From an uncultured Octadecabacter sp. (lineage in GTDB: Bacteria > Pseudomonadota > Alphaproteobacteria > Rhodobacterales > Rhodobacteraceae), in NCBI GenBank assembly GCA_937969445.1, contig CALBVZ010000020.1:1-53183 (forward strand): a stretch of 53,183 bases of DNA, given 5' to 3'. Under the pieces are notes generated by a model that saw only the letters and a list, made by a program, of their open reading frames with translations, had not been told where the DNA came from and made no database searches. Below, one piece after another: positions 30,685 to 41,188 of this stretch. How positions within the stretch are numbered: the stretch's first letter is position 1; each line of letters begins with the position of its first letter. A program made the translations under genes and the position numbers.

Positions 30685-32127
30685 TTATAGCCCCTTCGCT
30701 TTATAGCTTGCGGCAACTTTTTCGATCGAAACGAGGTAAGCAGACGTACGTAAGTCATGTACATCTTCGCGCGCATGCCAAACCTCTCGCATGGACTGGT
30801 AGGCCGTGCGCATCGTGTCATCGAGGCCGGAACGCACCAATTCAAGCTCACCCGCACCGCGCAGATACTTGGATTTGAAATTCGGTGTCATCGACCATTG
30901 ATCGCCCAAATGTTCAGACAAACGCTGCAGCTCTCCGACGATCAATTCATGGCGCGCCTCTTCTTGGCGTCGTTGCATGCGACCAAAGCGGATGTGACTA
31001 AGGTTTTTGACCCATTCGAAATACGAAACGGTCACACCACCCGCGTTGGCATACATATCGGGAATGATAACGGTGCCCTTCTCGCGCAGGATGTCATCGG
31101 CACCCGCGGTAATCGGGCCATTCGCAGCCTCAATAATGAGGGGCGCATTGATATTAGCCGCGTTACTAAGGTTAATCACACCTTCAAGCGCGGCGGGGAT
31201 CAGGATATCGCACTCTTGCTCAAGCACGGCAGTGCCGTTTTCGACATACGTGGCGTTCGGGTAATCTTTGACGCCACCATGTTTTGCAATCCAGTCGCGG
31301 ACACCTTCAACGTCCAGACCACTGTCATCCGTCAGCGCACCATCACGTTCGATAATGCCAGTGACGATGCATCCATCCTCTTCCTTAAGGAATGAAGCGG
31401 CGTGATATCCCACGTTGCCAAGGCCTTGCACGACCACACGCTTGCCATCCAGTGTCCCGCTCAACCCCGCGATTTTGACATCTTCCGCGTGGCGGAAAAA
31501 TTCTTGCAGCGCGTATTGCACACCGCGCCCTGTTGCTTCGACACGGCCTTGAATACCGCCCGCGTGGGTTGGCTTACCGGTTACGCAGGCTGCCGCATTA
31601 ATATCTGTGGTGTTCATGCGGCGGTATTGGTCCGCGATCCAGGCCATTTCACGTTCACCCGTTCCCATATCCGGTGCGGGGACGTTTTGGGACGGATGGA
31701 TCAAATCGCGCTTCGCTAATTCGTACGCGAAACGGCGGGTGATCTGCTCAAGCTCGTCTTCTTCCCACATGCGTGGATCAATACACAACCCGCCTTTGGA
31801 CCCACCAAACGGCGTTTCCACGAGGGCACACTTATAGGTCATAAGCGCCGCCAGTGCCTCAACCTCGTTTTGGTTAACGCCAAGCGAGTACCGAATACCA
31901 CCTTTTACTGGTTCCATATGTTCGGAATGAACTGACCGGTACCCAGTGAACGTTTCAATTTTGCCGCGCAATCGCACCCCAAATCGAACCGTATAGGTGG
32001 CATTGCAAACGCGAATTTTCTCTTCCAAACCGGGCGGCAGATCCATCAAAGCAACCGCGCGGTTAAACATGATATCAACGCTGTCACGGAAGGATGGCTC
32101 TTTTATAACTGGGTTTGAAGTGTTCAT
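30685..32127 (-). CDS. gdhA: Glutamate dehydrogenase (Glu/Leu/Phe/Val family)
   Basis: KGGIRY, PFGGSKGG, PAPDMGT, QGLGNVG, EAANGP. Confidence 0.93.
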   Translation of the reverse strand: MNTSNPVIKEPSFRDSVDIMFNRAVALMDLPPGLEEKIRVCNATYTVRFGVRLRGKIETFTGYRSVHSEHMEPVKGGIRYSLGVNQNEVEALAALMTYKCALVETPFGGSKGGLCIDPRMWEEDELEQITRRFAYELAKRDLIHPSQNVPAPDMGTGEREMAWIADQYRRMNTTDINAAACVTGKPTHAGGIQGRVEATGRGVQYALQEFFRHAEDVKIAGLSGTLDGKRVVVQGLGNVGYHAASFLKEEDGCIVTGIIERDGALTDDSGLDVEGVRDWIAKHGGVKDYPNATYVENGTAVLEQECDILIPAALEGVINLSNAANINAPLIIEAANGPITAGADDILREKGTVIIPDMYANAGGVTVSYFEWVKNLSHIRFGRMQRRQEEARHELIVGELQRLSEHLGDQWSMTPNFKSKYLRGAGELELVRSGLDDTMRTAYQSMREVWHAREDVHDLRTSAYLVSIEKVAASYKAKGL

Positions 32128-32518
32128 TGGTCGGTCCTCTCAAAACTAATTCCAGCCCCTCCTAAACGACAGACTTTGCCGATTTATTAAGGGGCGAACA
32201 TTGTTAATCACTCCGAGTTAACCATGATTCGACGCAACCGTGTCAGATAGTTTTGCCAGATTCACGAAAAAGGCCTAACCACAGCATCCTGATTAATGTG
32301 GCGCAATCTTCCCGCAGGCGCTTGGAAAGCCGGTTATTGTCCTCTCCTACACAACAATTCCCAAGGTGCGGCGTGTTTGTCGCGAAAAGGACGGGTGGTG
32401 AACACTTTCCCGCCCAATTTCGCCCTAATTTCGCCACCCCCAAATGTTTTAAGCACGATCGAGAGTAAGGCTGAGTCCGTTCGCGATTATAACACGCGAA
32501 TTGCCGAGGAAGGTTAAT

Positions 32519-34318
32519 ATGACACTGAAGATGAAAAACTTGCGGTCCGAAAACACGTCCCCACGGGACCTCTTTCGGATGTTGCGTCGTGACGAAGATG
32601 GGTCGATTATCATCTTCTCCCTCATGATGTTTGTCTTGATCTTGTGGTTCGGTGGCATGGCTGTCGACTTGATGCGCTTCGAAACAACGCGCACTAAGCT
32701 ACAAGGTACCTTAGACCGCGCCGTGCTTGCAGCAGCTGATCTTGACCAAACCTTGCCGCCTGCAGAAGTTTGCGCTGATTACTTCGAAAAAGCGGGAATG
32801 TCCCAATTCCTCGACACATGTATCGTTGATCAAGGCATCAACTACCGGGTCGTCACCGCCGTTGCAGACGCAGAAATGCCGCTCTTCTTTTATGACTTGC
32901 CTTCGGTCTTCTCTTCTCCGTTCACAGCTGAGCTTTCGTCGCTTACAGTTTCCGGCACATCGACTGCCGAAGAGCGTGTAACAGATGTTGAAGTTTCACT
33001 TATCTTGGACGTCTCCGGTTCCATGAATCGCAACAGACGTATTCAAAACCTTCGCCCAGCTGCGCGTGATTTTGTAACCACCGTTCTCTCGAACAACACC
33101 AACGCACCACAAGGCCTGATCACGATCTCGATCGTGCCTTATTCTGCTGTTGTTAACCCAGGTACGCTCATTGAGCCGCACCTGAACATCAACCGTAGCC
33201 ATGAGTATTCTTCTTGCTTGCTATTTGATGATGATGAGTTCGATACGACTGCGCTGAATCTTTCCGCTACATATGATCACGTTTCGCACTTTGACCCTGA
33301 TTGGTACTACGCCTCCGATTCCGCATCTGAGGGCGCAAACCCAATCAAGTACCCTTGGTGCCACACGGGCGACCACAATGCGATCGTGCCACTGACGACT
33401 GACGAAACCGTACTTCACGACGCGATTGATGACCTAACGCCATATGGCAACACCGCGATTGATATGGGTGTTAAGTGGGGCGTCGCCCTTCTTGACCCAA
33501 GCACACGTTCGATCATTTCAAGCCTTGCGGGTCAGTCCGGTTCTGGCGTTCCAGCGATTGCATCAAACCGCCCCGAGGACTTCGGGCAGTCTGACATCCT
33601 AAAAGTACTCGTTCTTATGACGGATGGCACGAACACCTACCAGTATGACATGGAACCCGAATTTAAGTGGGAATTGTCGCGTCTCTGGTTCGATCGTTCA
33701 CCGGTTTCTGGTTCCGGTCCGCTACTCGCAATTGGAGACGTTGAATTCAACCGTACGTCTGTCCAATATCGGGGTAAAGACACAGCAAACCGCTGGGATG
33801 ACCTTTTTTACTGGAACGGTGCTGGTTGGTCTTCACGTAGCCAACAATACCCGCGTGGATTTGACGACCGCGACCACTATCTGAATTCAGGCACAATTGC
33901 TGAATTTGAGGGCACCACAGGTTCCGGTACAATGTATGAAAACGACGTTTACAATGCCAGCTGGCCTGACATGTTGGCGACCCGTGTCTACAACGAAATC
34001 GACAGCGACTGGATGTGGCGCGCTTATAACCACGGCTACCTTTCGTACAACGATTACCGAGAAGTCGAATGGGGGCTTGATAAGTACATCGTCACGGCTT
34101 CGGAAGCAGATGATCGTTTGTCAGATATCTGTGAGACAGCACGCGACCAAGGAGTCGTGATCTACACAGTTGCATTCGAAGCACCATCCGGCGGTCAAGC
34201 CGCCCTACGCGACTGCGCAAGCACGCCAAGCCACTACTTTGATGTGGAAGGCTCAGATATTTCTGACGCATTCGCCGCGATCGCTACGAACATTCGCAAC
34301 TTGAAGTTGACCCAGTAA
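32519..34318 (+). CDS. TadG-like pilus protein with vWA domain
   Basis: Prepilin-like RRDEDG/SIIIF; MIDAS DVSGS; LMTDG; IYTVAFEAP. Confidence 0.88.
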   Translation: MTLKMKNLRSENTSPRDLFRMLRRDEDGSIIIFSLMMFVLILWFGGMAVDLMRFETTRTKLQGTLDRAVLAAADLDQTLPPAEVCADYFEKAGMSQFLDTCIVDQGINYRVVTAVADAEMPLFFYDLPSVFSSPFTAELSSLTVSGTSTAEERVTDVEVSLILDVSGSMNRNRRIQNLRPAARDFVTTVLSNNTNAPQGLITISIVPYSAVVNPGTLIEPHLNINRSHEYSSCLLFDDDEFDTTALNLSATYDHVSHFDPDWYYASDSASEGANPIKYPWCHTGDHNAIVPLTTDETVLHDAIDDLTPYGNTAIDMGVKWGVALLDPSTRSIISSLAGQSGSGVPAIASNRPEDFGQSDILKVLVLMTDGTNTYQYDMEPEFKWELSRLWFDRSPVSGSGPLLAIGDVEFNRTSVQYRGKDTANRWDDLFYWNGAGWSSRSQQYPRGFDDRDHYLNSGTIAEFEGTTGSGTMYENDVYNASWPDMLATRVYNEIDSDWMWRAYNHGYLSYNDYREVEWGLDKYIVTASEADDRLSDICETARDQGVVIYTVAFEAPSGGQAALRDCASTPSHYFDVEGSDISDAFAAIATNIRNLKLTQ

Positions 34319-34328
34319 GGAAACCGGA

Positions 34329-34892
34329 ATGATTACCGCAATCAAATCCCTCGCGCGTTTCTTGCGTTTGTTCCGCAAGGAAGAGGACGGCAGTGAATCG
34401 TTGGAACTCGCGCTGGTGTTCCTTCCTTTCATCATGATCCCAGTTTCTGGCTTTGAGTTGGGGTTGCTCATGACGCGTCATGTGATGGTCGAGCGTGGCT
34501 TGACGATGGCTGTTCGTGAAGTGTCTTTGAACACCGGCATTCCATTAACCGACACCCAAGTGAAAACAATGATCTGCAACTCAGCGGGAATTATTCCGAA
34601 CTGCATGACCAACTTGCGCCTTGAGATGCGTAATATCGATCTGCGCCACACGGGTTCAACCGCGACAAACGAAATCCCGCGCACGGCGTCGTGCACCGAT
34701 CTGGAAAGTCCAGATCAAGCCCCGCGTAACTACACAAATGGTCAAGCGAACGAACTAATGATCATACGGGCCTGCGGCTTGTTTTCACCGATGTTACCTG
34801 AATTTGGGTTGGGTTACTTTCTGTCCCGCATCCGTAGCGACGGCAACTATCCACTCGTGTCGACATCGGCCTTTGTGATGGAGCCTGTATAA
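34329..34892 (+). CDS. TadE-like minor pilin
   Basis: FRKEEDG/SESLE followed by a hydrophobic helix; C-terminal FVMEP. Confidence 0.85.
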   Translation: MITAIKSLARFLRLFRKEEDGSESLELALVFLPFIMIPVSGFELGLLMTRHVMVERGLTMAVREVSLNTGIPLTDTQVKTMICNSAGIIPNCMTNLRLEMRNIDLRHTGSTATNEIPRTASCTDLESPDQAPRNYTNGQANELMIIRACGLFSPMLPEFGLGYFLSRIRSDGNYPLVSTSAFVMEPV

Positions 34893-35513
34893 ATGCTGAA
34901 ACTCATCAAGTCCAAATTCCGCCGTTTCCGGCGTGAAGAAGAAGGCGCTATGGTTGTCGAAGCGATGATCATGTTCCCGACACTGTTTGCCTGCGTGATC
35001 GCGACGTTCGTTTTCTTTGACGCATTTCGCAACCAATCCATCAACCTGAAAGCGGCCTACACGATTTCCGATGCGCTAAGCCGTGAAGATCGAGGCATTA
35101 CCAACACGTTCGTCACCAACACTTGGCGTGTCCACCGCTTTCTTACCAACTCTGAAGCTCTGACGAAGTTGCGCGTGACACTCGTCAAATACGTTGATGA
35201 AACGGATGATAGCATCGACAATGGTGAACATATTTCGGTTTGGTCAGTTGAGAAAGGTGGTGCGGGCGTACTCACAGACGCTGATGTGCAATTGATGAAT
35301 GCAAATAACGAAATCCCAACTATGCCTCACGGTGAAACACTGATCCTCGTTCAAACTTGGGTCGACTATGAGCCAAACTTCAGCATTGGCCTTGGGGCAT
35401 TCACCTTCGAGAACACCATATTCACCCGTCCACGTGCTGCGGCGAATGGTGTTTGCTACGACCACAATGGCATCCCGGACGGCGATGACATTTGTCCAGT
35501 CGGCGGTGCTTAA
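34893..35513 (+). CDS. TadE/TadF-like minor pilin
   Basis: FRREEEG/AMVVE, YTISDALSR, FTRPR. Confidence 0.85.
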   Translation: MLKLIKSKFRRFRREEEGAMVVEAMIMFPTLFACVIATFVFFDAFRNQSINLKAAYTISDALSREDRGITNTFVTNTWRVHRFLTNSEALTKLRVTLVKYVDETDDSIDNGEHISVWSVEKGGAGVLTDADVQLMNANNEIPTMPHGETLILVQTWVDYEPNFSIGLGAFTFENTIFTRPRAAANGVCYDHNGIPDGDDICPVGGA

Positions 35514-36001
35514 CCCTGTACTCGCTTTGCGACGATCCGCAACGCAATTTGTTCGGCCATATATTTGGCCGGACCGGACGCCGTAGCCCCCCCAACACCA
35601 ACCCGCGTCGAAAACCGCCACCAAAGCCCCGGTGCCCAAACACGCGGCTGGGCGTTATGCAGGCGCAAAATAAAGCCGTTTGACGGCTTGAACGCGAATG
35701 CCCCCCTATCAATAGACTTGATATTGGCAAGTTCAGCCAAAACTTGCCCCGATGTGTCGCGCAGCTCTCGATCAGTTAATACCAGCCCAAGCAATGTCGC
35801 GCGGCGCAACCTCTCCGCGACGACTAGCGCACCCGCGCCAAGCAAAATCAAGAAGATCTGCCATCCAAATGCGGGCGGTTCCATAAACGCCAGCAAGATC
35901 AGCATGGCCCCTAGAACGAAAACCGCCCCATAGGCGAAAAGCCTGCGCAGTGGCGACGCTTGTAGAGTGGCGATAACTTCGTCTTCTTTGGCGTTTTTCA
36001 T
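35510..36001 (-). CDS. Hypothetical membrane protein (2 TM plus soluble domain)
   Basis: Two TM segments, then DRGAFAFKPSNGF and WAPGLWWR. Confidence 0.75.
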   Translation of the reverse strand: MKNAKEDEVIATLQASPLRRLFAYGAVFVLGAMLILLAFMEPPAFGWQIFLILLGAGALVVAERLRRATLLGLVLTDRELRDTSGQVLAELANIKSIDRGAFAFKPSNGFILRLHNAQPRVWAPGLWWRFSTRVGVGGATASGPAKYMAEQIALRIVAKRVQG

Positions 36002-36057
36002 GTCAGCCCCATTGTTTGGGCTTTCCTCTAGCCAACAAAGAGAGACATGAAAAGCGC

Positions 36058-37002
36058 CTAGCGGGGCGGGGTTACTTCATATCCGGGTTCTTCTGGTTCA
36101 TCATCGACGATTTCTGCCGGAAATCCGGGGGCCGTAATATCCAACCCTGTGGCTTCCTCCAACCGCTTGATGATGTCATCGGATTGGGCATCAAACCCGT
36201 ATCGATCAATACCTTCTTCAAAGATTTTCACCATCATCGGGCTGAATTCCAAAGGCACATCATTGTCTTCGGCAATCTGCTGAAACAGCCCGATATCCTT
36301 TTTAACAAGCCCCATCGAAAAACCGATATCGCGGCTACCATTCAAAATGACTTGGCTTTCGGTTTCATGTACAAACGACGTTCCGCTTGAAATCTTGATC
36401 GCTTCATAAGTGGTCGCAAGGTCCATTCCGGCGGCCTTCATCGTGACCATCGCTTCACACACCGTCAGCAAGTTCGCCGTCGCCAGGTAGTTCGTCATCA
36501 CCTTTAGCGTGCTGGCCGTGCCAATGTCGCCTGTGTGCAACACCCGCCGCCCCAACGTGGTCAAAATCGGAAGGACCTTTTCAAACGTGGCGCGGTCACA
36601 CCCAGCAAAAATCGAAATGTTGCCTGTATCTGCACGGTGACAACCACCAGAAACCGGACAATCCACAGCAAAACCACCGCGTTCAGTGACTGCTGCGGCA
36701 TGACGCTTGAGTTCTTCGGCATCTGTTGTCGACATTTCCAACCAGATTTTGCCAGTCGTAACACTCGGTATCATCGCCTCAACTACGGCAGCACAGGCTT
36801 TGGGGGATGGAAGGCACGTGATCACCACATCACACTCATCCATCAATTGCGCTGGCGATCCGCCGTCCCGCGCGCCGCGTGCCACAAATCCAGCCACGGC
36901 CTCGGCGTCTAAGTCGTGCACCGACAAATCAAACCCATTGCGCAACACAGACCCTGCCAATTTTCCACCAACGGACCCAAGCCCTACAAATCCAACTTTC
37001 AT
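36058..37002 (-). CDS. NAD(P)-dependent beta-hydroxyacid dehydrogenase (3-hydroxyisobutyrate dehydrogenase family)
   Basis: GFVGLG, DCPVSGG, KVMTNY; RBS AGGAG. Confidence 0.88.
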   Translation of the reverse strand: MKVGFVGLGSVGGKLAGSVLRNGFDLSVHDLDAEAVAGFVARGARDGGSPAQLMDECDVVITCLPSPKACAAVVEAMIPSVTTGKIWLEMSTTDAEELKRHAAAVTERGGFAVDCPVSGGCHRADTGNISIFAGCDRATFEKVLPILTTLGRRVLHTGDIGTASTLKVMTNYLATANLLTVCEAMVTMKAAGMDLATTYEAIKISSGTSFVHETESQVILNGSRDIGFSMGLVKKDIGLFQQIAEDNDVPLEFSPMMVKIFEEGIDRYGFDAQSDDIIKRLEEATGLDITAPGFPAEIVDDEPEEPGYEVTPPR

Positions 37003-37070
37003 ACATCTCTCCTGTTTGGAAAAACCTCGCCGTATGCATCCGACACGTCTATTTCATTCGCGACAGGTCT

Positions 37071-37103
37071 TGCTTTTGTTTCGCAAATATCCCCGCCGGA
37101 GGC
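37071..37103 (-). repeat. Degenerate copy of a short intergenic repeat
   Basis: GCCTCCGGCGGGGATATTTGCGAAACAAAAGCA shares the TATTT..GAA.CAAA core with 41167 and 53014. Confidence 0.45.
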
Positions 37104-37188
37104 TCCAACACATCCCAATTGCACAGCATTCCTTGCTGACCACGCGACCTGCATCTATGGTCGCGGCAACTCCGAATGGACACAAATC

Positions 37189-37476
37189 ATGCGCTTCGCC
37201 CTCGCCCTTTTTGCTCTGCTTACTGCATTGCCATCTTGCACCGAATTTCCGGAGCTTGATTCAACTGTGCCATCAGAAATTGCCAACGCCCCCTACCCTG
37301 AACTTGTGCCGCTCGCGCCACTCCTTGCGCAGGCAAACACAAGTACCGGCGAGGCAGAAATCGCCAATACAAACATCGATTCCCGCCTTTCCAACTTGCG
37401 CGCACGCGCTGCACGTTTGCGCGGGCCTGTCATTCCAGCCGCGATACGGGCACGCATGTTGCGCGGCGTGCGTTGA
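37189..37476 (+). CDS. Small lipoprotein
   Basis: MRFALALFALLTALPSC-TEFPELD; YPELVPL; LRARAARLRGPVI. Confidence 0.75.
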   Translation: MRFALALFALLTALPSCTEFPELDSTVPSEIANAPYPELVPLAPLLAQANTSTGEAEIANTNIDSRLSNLRARAARLRGPVIPAAIRARMLRGVR

Positions 37477-37532
37477 AGTCCTCCTGCCAACGCGCTAACA
37501 CCCGCCTAAATCTAATCTAAGGACTATCCCTC

Positions 37533-38822
37533 ATGACTACGCCCCTTCGTCTCGGCATTGCTGGCCTCGGAACTGTTGGTGTGGGCGTTGTCCGTATCAT
37601 TCGCAAACAAGCGGACCTGCTTGAGGCCCGAACTGGTCGCAAAATCACTATCACTGCTGTTTCTGCGCGCTCCAAGGATAAAGACCGCGGCGTTTCGTTG
37701 GCGGATTATGCTTGGGAAGATGACCCAGTCGCACTGGCCAAGCGTGACGATGTCGATGTGTTCGTTGAACTGATAGGGGGCGACGAAGGCCCTGCCAAAA
37801 ACGCAACCGAAGCCGCAATCAAAGCTGGCAAAGACGTCGTAACCGCCAATAAAGCCATGCTCGCCCATCATGGGCAAGAATTGGCCGAGGCCGCCGAAAA
37901 AGCGGGTTTGGTCATTCGCTATGAGGCCGCTGTCGCGGGCGGTATTCCAGTGATGAAAGCCCTGACAGAAGGTCTGGCAGGCAATGAAATCACCCGCGTT
38001 ATGGGCGTGATGAACGGCACCTGTAATTACATCCTCACGCAGATGCAGGCGACCCGTCAGGGTTATAACGCCTTATTTGATGAGGCTGACAAGCTTGGCT
38101 ACCTCGAAGCAGATCCTAATTTGGACGTGGGCGGCATTGATGCGGGCCACAAACTCGCGCTTTTGTCATCTGTTGCGTTCGGCACGCAGGTCGATTTCGA
38201 CGCGGTTGAACTTGAAGGCATCCAAGCGATCACACTTGAAGACATCGATGCAGCGGCCGACATGGGCTTCCGCATCAAGTTGCTTGGCGTTGCACAGATG
38301 ACAGGTCGCGGCCTTGAACAACGCATGTCCCCATGTCTTGTGCCAGACCAATCCCCGCTCGGCCAACTTGAGGGTGGCACCAACATGGTCGTCATTGAAG
38401 GCGACTCTGTCGGTCAAATTGTTCTACGTGGTGCCGGCGCTGGCGAAGGCCCAACGGCAAGCGCGGTCATGTCCGACGTTATCGATATTGCTCGTGGATT
38501 GCGTTTGAAAACCTTCGGGCAACCTGCAACAACGCTGCGCAAAGCACGCGCTGCAAAGGCGGCGGTGCCGGCGCCGTACTATCTACGTATGCAGTTGGTC
38601 GACAAACCTGGTGCACTCGCCAAAGTCGCCGCAGTCTTGGGCGACGCAGGCGTTTCGATTGATCGGATGCGCCAGTACGGACACCAAGACACAGAAGCGC
38701 CCGTGTTGATCGTGACCCACAAAGTGACGCGCACGGCCCTCGACGAAGCACTTGCCGCGATGGCAAAGACGTCCGTGGTTCAGGGTGATCCTGTCGCCAT
38801 TCGCATCGAAGATGTTGGCTAG
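37533..38822 (+). CDS. hom: Homoserine dehydrogenase
   Basis: GLGTVG, YEAAVAGGIP, NGTCNYIL, C-terminal ACT domain. Confidence 0.95.
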   Translation: MTTPLRLGIAGLGTVGVGVVRIIRKQADLLEARTGRKITITAVSARSKDKDRGVSLADYAWEDDPVALAKRDDVDVFVELIGGDEGPAKNATEAAIKAGKDVVTANKAMLAHHGQELAEAAEKAGLVIRYEAAVAGGIPVMKALTEGLAGNEITRVMGVMNGTCNYILTQMQATRQGYNALFDEADKLGYLEADPNLDVGGIDAGHKLALLSSVAFGTQVDFDAVELEGIQAITLEDIDAAADMGFRIKLLGVAQMTGRGLEQRMSPCLVPDQSPLGQLEGGTNMVVIEGDSVGQIVLRGAGAGEGPTASAVMSDVIDIARGLRLKTFGQPATTLRKARAAKAAVPAPYYLRMQLVDKPGALAKVAAVLGDAGVSIDRMRQYGHQDTEAPVLIVTHKVTRTALDEALAAMAKTSVVQGDPVAIRIEDVG

Positions 38823-38853
38823 TTAACTTCTGCTGACCTGCTAGTGTGACGTC

Positions 38854-40083
38854 ATGAAGCCAGACGTCGCCAACAACATTTCACTTTACCGCTGGTCACG
38901 CTTCCTGCGCAGTCTGACCTTTTGGCAGGCTGTTTGGTTCCTCTATTTCCAAGACATCTTGTCGGGCGCACAAGCGATCTTGCTTTATGTCGTGCTCGAC
39001 GTGGCGGTCACGACCCTCGAAGTGCCCTCGGGCTACATGTCAGACCGCCTTGGGCGCCGAAAAGCCCTGATCGCCAGCGCTATCGTGACCCTAATTGGCG
39101 TCACACTTCTTGGTTTTGGCAGCAGCTTTGCAACTTTCGCAGCGGCGCAAATCCTTATCGGTGCAGGCAGTGCATTTTCAAGCGGCACAGACGAAGCAAT
39201 GCTTTATGAAAGTCTTGCTGCAACGGGTCGTGAGGACGAAATCGAAGCGCAAGAGGTCATCGCGTGGCGCTATTCCTTTATTGGCCTCGCGCTATCGGCA
39301 GTCACAGGTGGAGCGCTTTCGTTGATTGATCCGAGCCTGCCGTTCATAGCCACGGGAGTCGCAATGGCGGGTTTGCTCTGGGTGACCTGGCGATTTGTCG
39401 AACCTCCACGCACCTCAGAAATGGCGGAAGGCGCAGAATTGCTACGACTTTCGCATTTGGGTTCTAACTTTCGCAACCCAGTCTTGTTGTGGTTCTTCAC
39501 CCTAACGGTCCTGATGTATTGCTTCAGTCATTTGCCGTTTGTGTTCGGCCAGCCCTTTATCCTTGAAGCGCTAAATGATGTCGGCTTTGCCAGCAGCGCA
39601 CCTTTGGTCAGTGGAATAATCACAGCGTTGATGATGGGTATTTCCGTCGCCGTTTCCTTATATGCCCTGCAACTGCGCAACCGCCTTGGCCTACCACTGC
39701 TTCTGCTCAGCGCGTTCGGTCTGCAAATCGCAATCAGCGGCGTTATGGCCCTAACTGAAAGCGCGGTAGTGCTTGTTTTTCTCCTGTTACGCATGGTGCC
39801 AGACGCCCTATCCCGCCCTTTCATCCTTGGCCGCATTCAACCGCTGTTGTCAGACGACAGCCGTGCGACATGGCTGTCCCTCAAAAGCTTTGTCGGTCGT
39901 CTGGCCTTTGCAGCAGCCCTCGCCATAGGTGCGGTTTCGACCACAGATGCCGGATTGATGCCCTACGAAGATATTGCGCGCATCCTGACCATCGCAACCG
40001 TGATCGGGATCGCCGCACTGGCACTCCTTGCCGCCGCAGCGCGCAAAATCGCTGTTGCTTCGCCAAAAGATTCAAATTGTTAG
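38854..40083 (+). CDS. MFS transporter
   Basis: EVPSGYMSDRLGRR, SGTDEAMLYESL, about 12 TM. Confidence 0.88.
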   Translation: MKPDVANNISLYRWSRFLRSLTFWQAVWFLYFQDILSGAQAILLYVVLDVAVTTLEVPSGYMSDRLGRRKALIASAIVTLIGVTLLGFGSSFATFAAAQILIGAGSAFSSGTDEAMLYESLAATGREDEIEAQEVIAWRYSFIGLALSAVTGGALSLIDPSLPFIATGVAMAGLLWVTWRFVEPPRTSEMAEGAELLRLSHLGSNFRNPVLLWFFTLTVLMYCFSHLPFVFGQPFILEALNDVGFASSAPLVSGIITALMMGISVAVSLYALQLRNRLGLPLLLLSAFGLQIAISGVMALTESAVVLVFLLLRMVPDALSRPFILGRIQPLLSDDSRATWLSLKSFVGRLAFAAALAIGAVSTTDAGLMPYEDIARILTIATVIGIAALALLAAAARKIAVASPKDSNC

Positions 40084-40150
40084 CGCTCCCAGACTTGTGG
40101 CTTCGGTCTGCATGGCGGTAGGTCGGGATAACTCAACAAAGGATCTCCTC

Positions 40151-41110
40151 ATGGCTTCCCTCGACTTCAACGATCGTATGCTTTCATTGGGCCTTGCCCG
40201 TGTCTCAGAGGCCGCGGCCCTTGCCAGCGCGACCTTGATCGGGCGCGGCGATGAAAAGGCCGCCGACCAAGCCGCAGTGAACGCGATGCGTGAACAGCTT
40301 AACAAATTGGACATCGAAGGCGTTGTTGTGATCGGTGAAGGCGAACGCGACGAAGCGCCGATGTTGTTCATCGGTGAAGAGGTTGGGTCTGGCAAAGGAC
40401 CGGGTGTTGATATCGCGCTCGATCCACTTGAAGGCACAACGCTAACCGCCAAAGATATGCCAAACGCGTTGACAGTAATTGCCATGGGCCCGCGCGGTTC
40501 AATGTTGCATGCACCCGATGTTTACATGGATAAGCTGGCGATTGGACCGGGCTACAAGACCGGCGTTGTGACGATGGATATGTCCCCATCCGAGCGTGTT
40601 TCGGCATTGGCCGCCGCGAAGGGGTGTTCAACAGAAGACATTACAGTTTGCGTTCTGGAACGCCCTCGCCATGACGACATGATCGCGGAACTGCGCAGCA
40701 CGGGTGCGGCGATCCGTCTGATCACGGATGGCGATGTTGCTGGTGTTATGCACTGTGCTGACGCGGCAACCACGGGCATTGATATGTACATGGGGTCTGG
40801 TGGTGCACCTGAGGGCGTTTTGGCCGCAGCCGCGTTGAAGTGCATGGGCGGGCAAATGTACGGCAAGCTGTTGTTCCGCAATGACGACGAACGTGGACGC
40901 GCAGCAAAGGCCGGCATTACTAACTTCGATCGCGTCTACACCCGCGATGACATGGTGACATCCGATGTGATTTTCGCCGCGACAGGCGTGACCGATGGAT
41001 CCCTGTTGGCGGGCATCAAACGTGAGCCAGGGTTCCTGACTGCGGAGACAATTTTGATGCGGTCCAAAACAGGGTCTGTGCGCCGCATGAGTTATCGCAA
41101 CCCTGTGTAA
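40151..41110 (+). CDS. glpX: Class II fructose-1,6-bisphosphatase
   Basis: VIGEGERDEAPML, DPLEGT, ITDGDV, GGAPEGV. Confidence 0.95.
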   Translation: MASLDFNDRMLSLGLARVSEAAALASATLIGRGDEKAADQAAVNAMREQLNKLDIEGVVVIGEGERDEAPMLFIGEEVGSGKGPGVDIALDPLEGTTLTAKDMPNALTVIAMGPRGSMLHAPDVYMDKLAIGPGYKTGVVTMDMSPSERVSALAAAKGCSTEDITVCVLERPRHDDMIAELRSTGAAIRLITDGDVAGVMHCADAATTGIDMYMGSGGAPEGVLAAAALKCMGGQMYGKLLFRNDDERGRAAKAGITNFDRVYTRDDMVTSDVIFAATGVTDGSLLAGIKREPGFLTAETILMRSKTGSVRRMSYRNPV

Positions 41111-41166
41111 ACCTGACGGTTTGCCCCTGCGGGGAGCGGGGGCGCACCTTCGGTGCGCAAGGAAGT

Positions 41167-41188
41167 GAGTATTTTTGAACCAAAGAAG
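41167..41188 (+). repeat. Short intergenic repeat preceded by a hairpin
   Basis: GAGTATTTTTGAACCAAAGAAG, 19/22 identical to 53014-53035; upstream hairpin GCGCACC-TTC-GGTGCGC. Confidence 0.6.

Noticed and set aside
32128-32518. Possible Flp pilin gene upstream of tadG
   Set aside because: No short ORF with a prepilin cleavage site and hydrophobic helix is visible.
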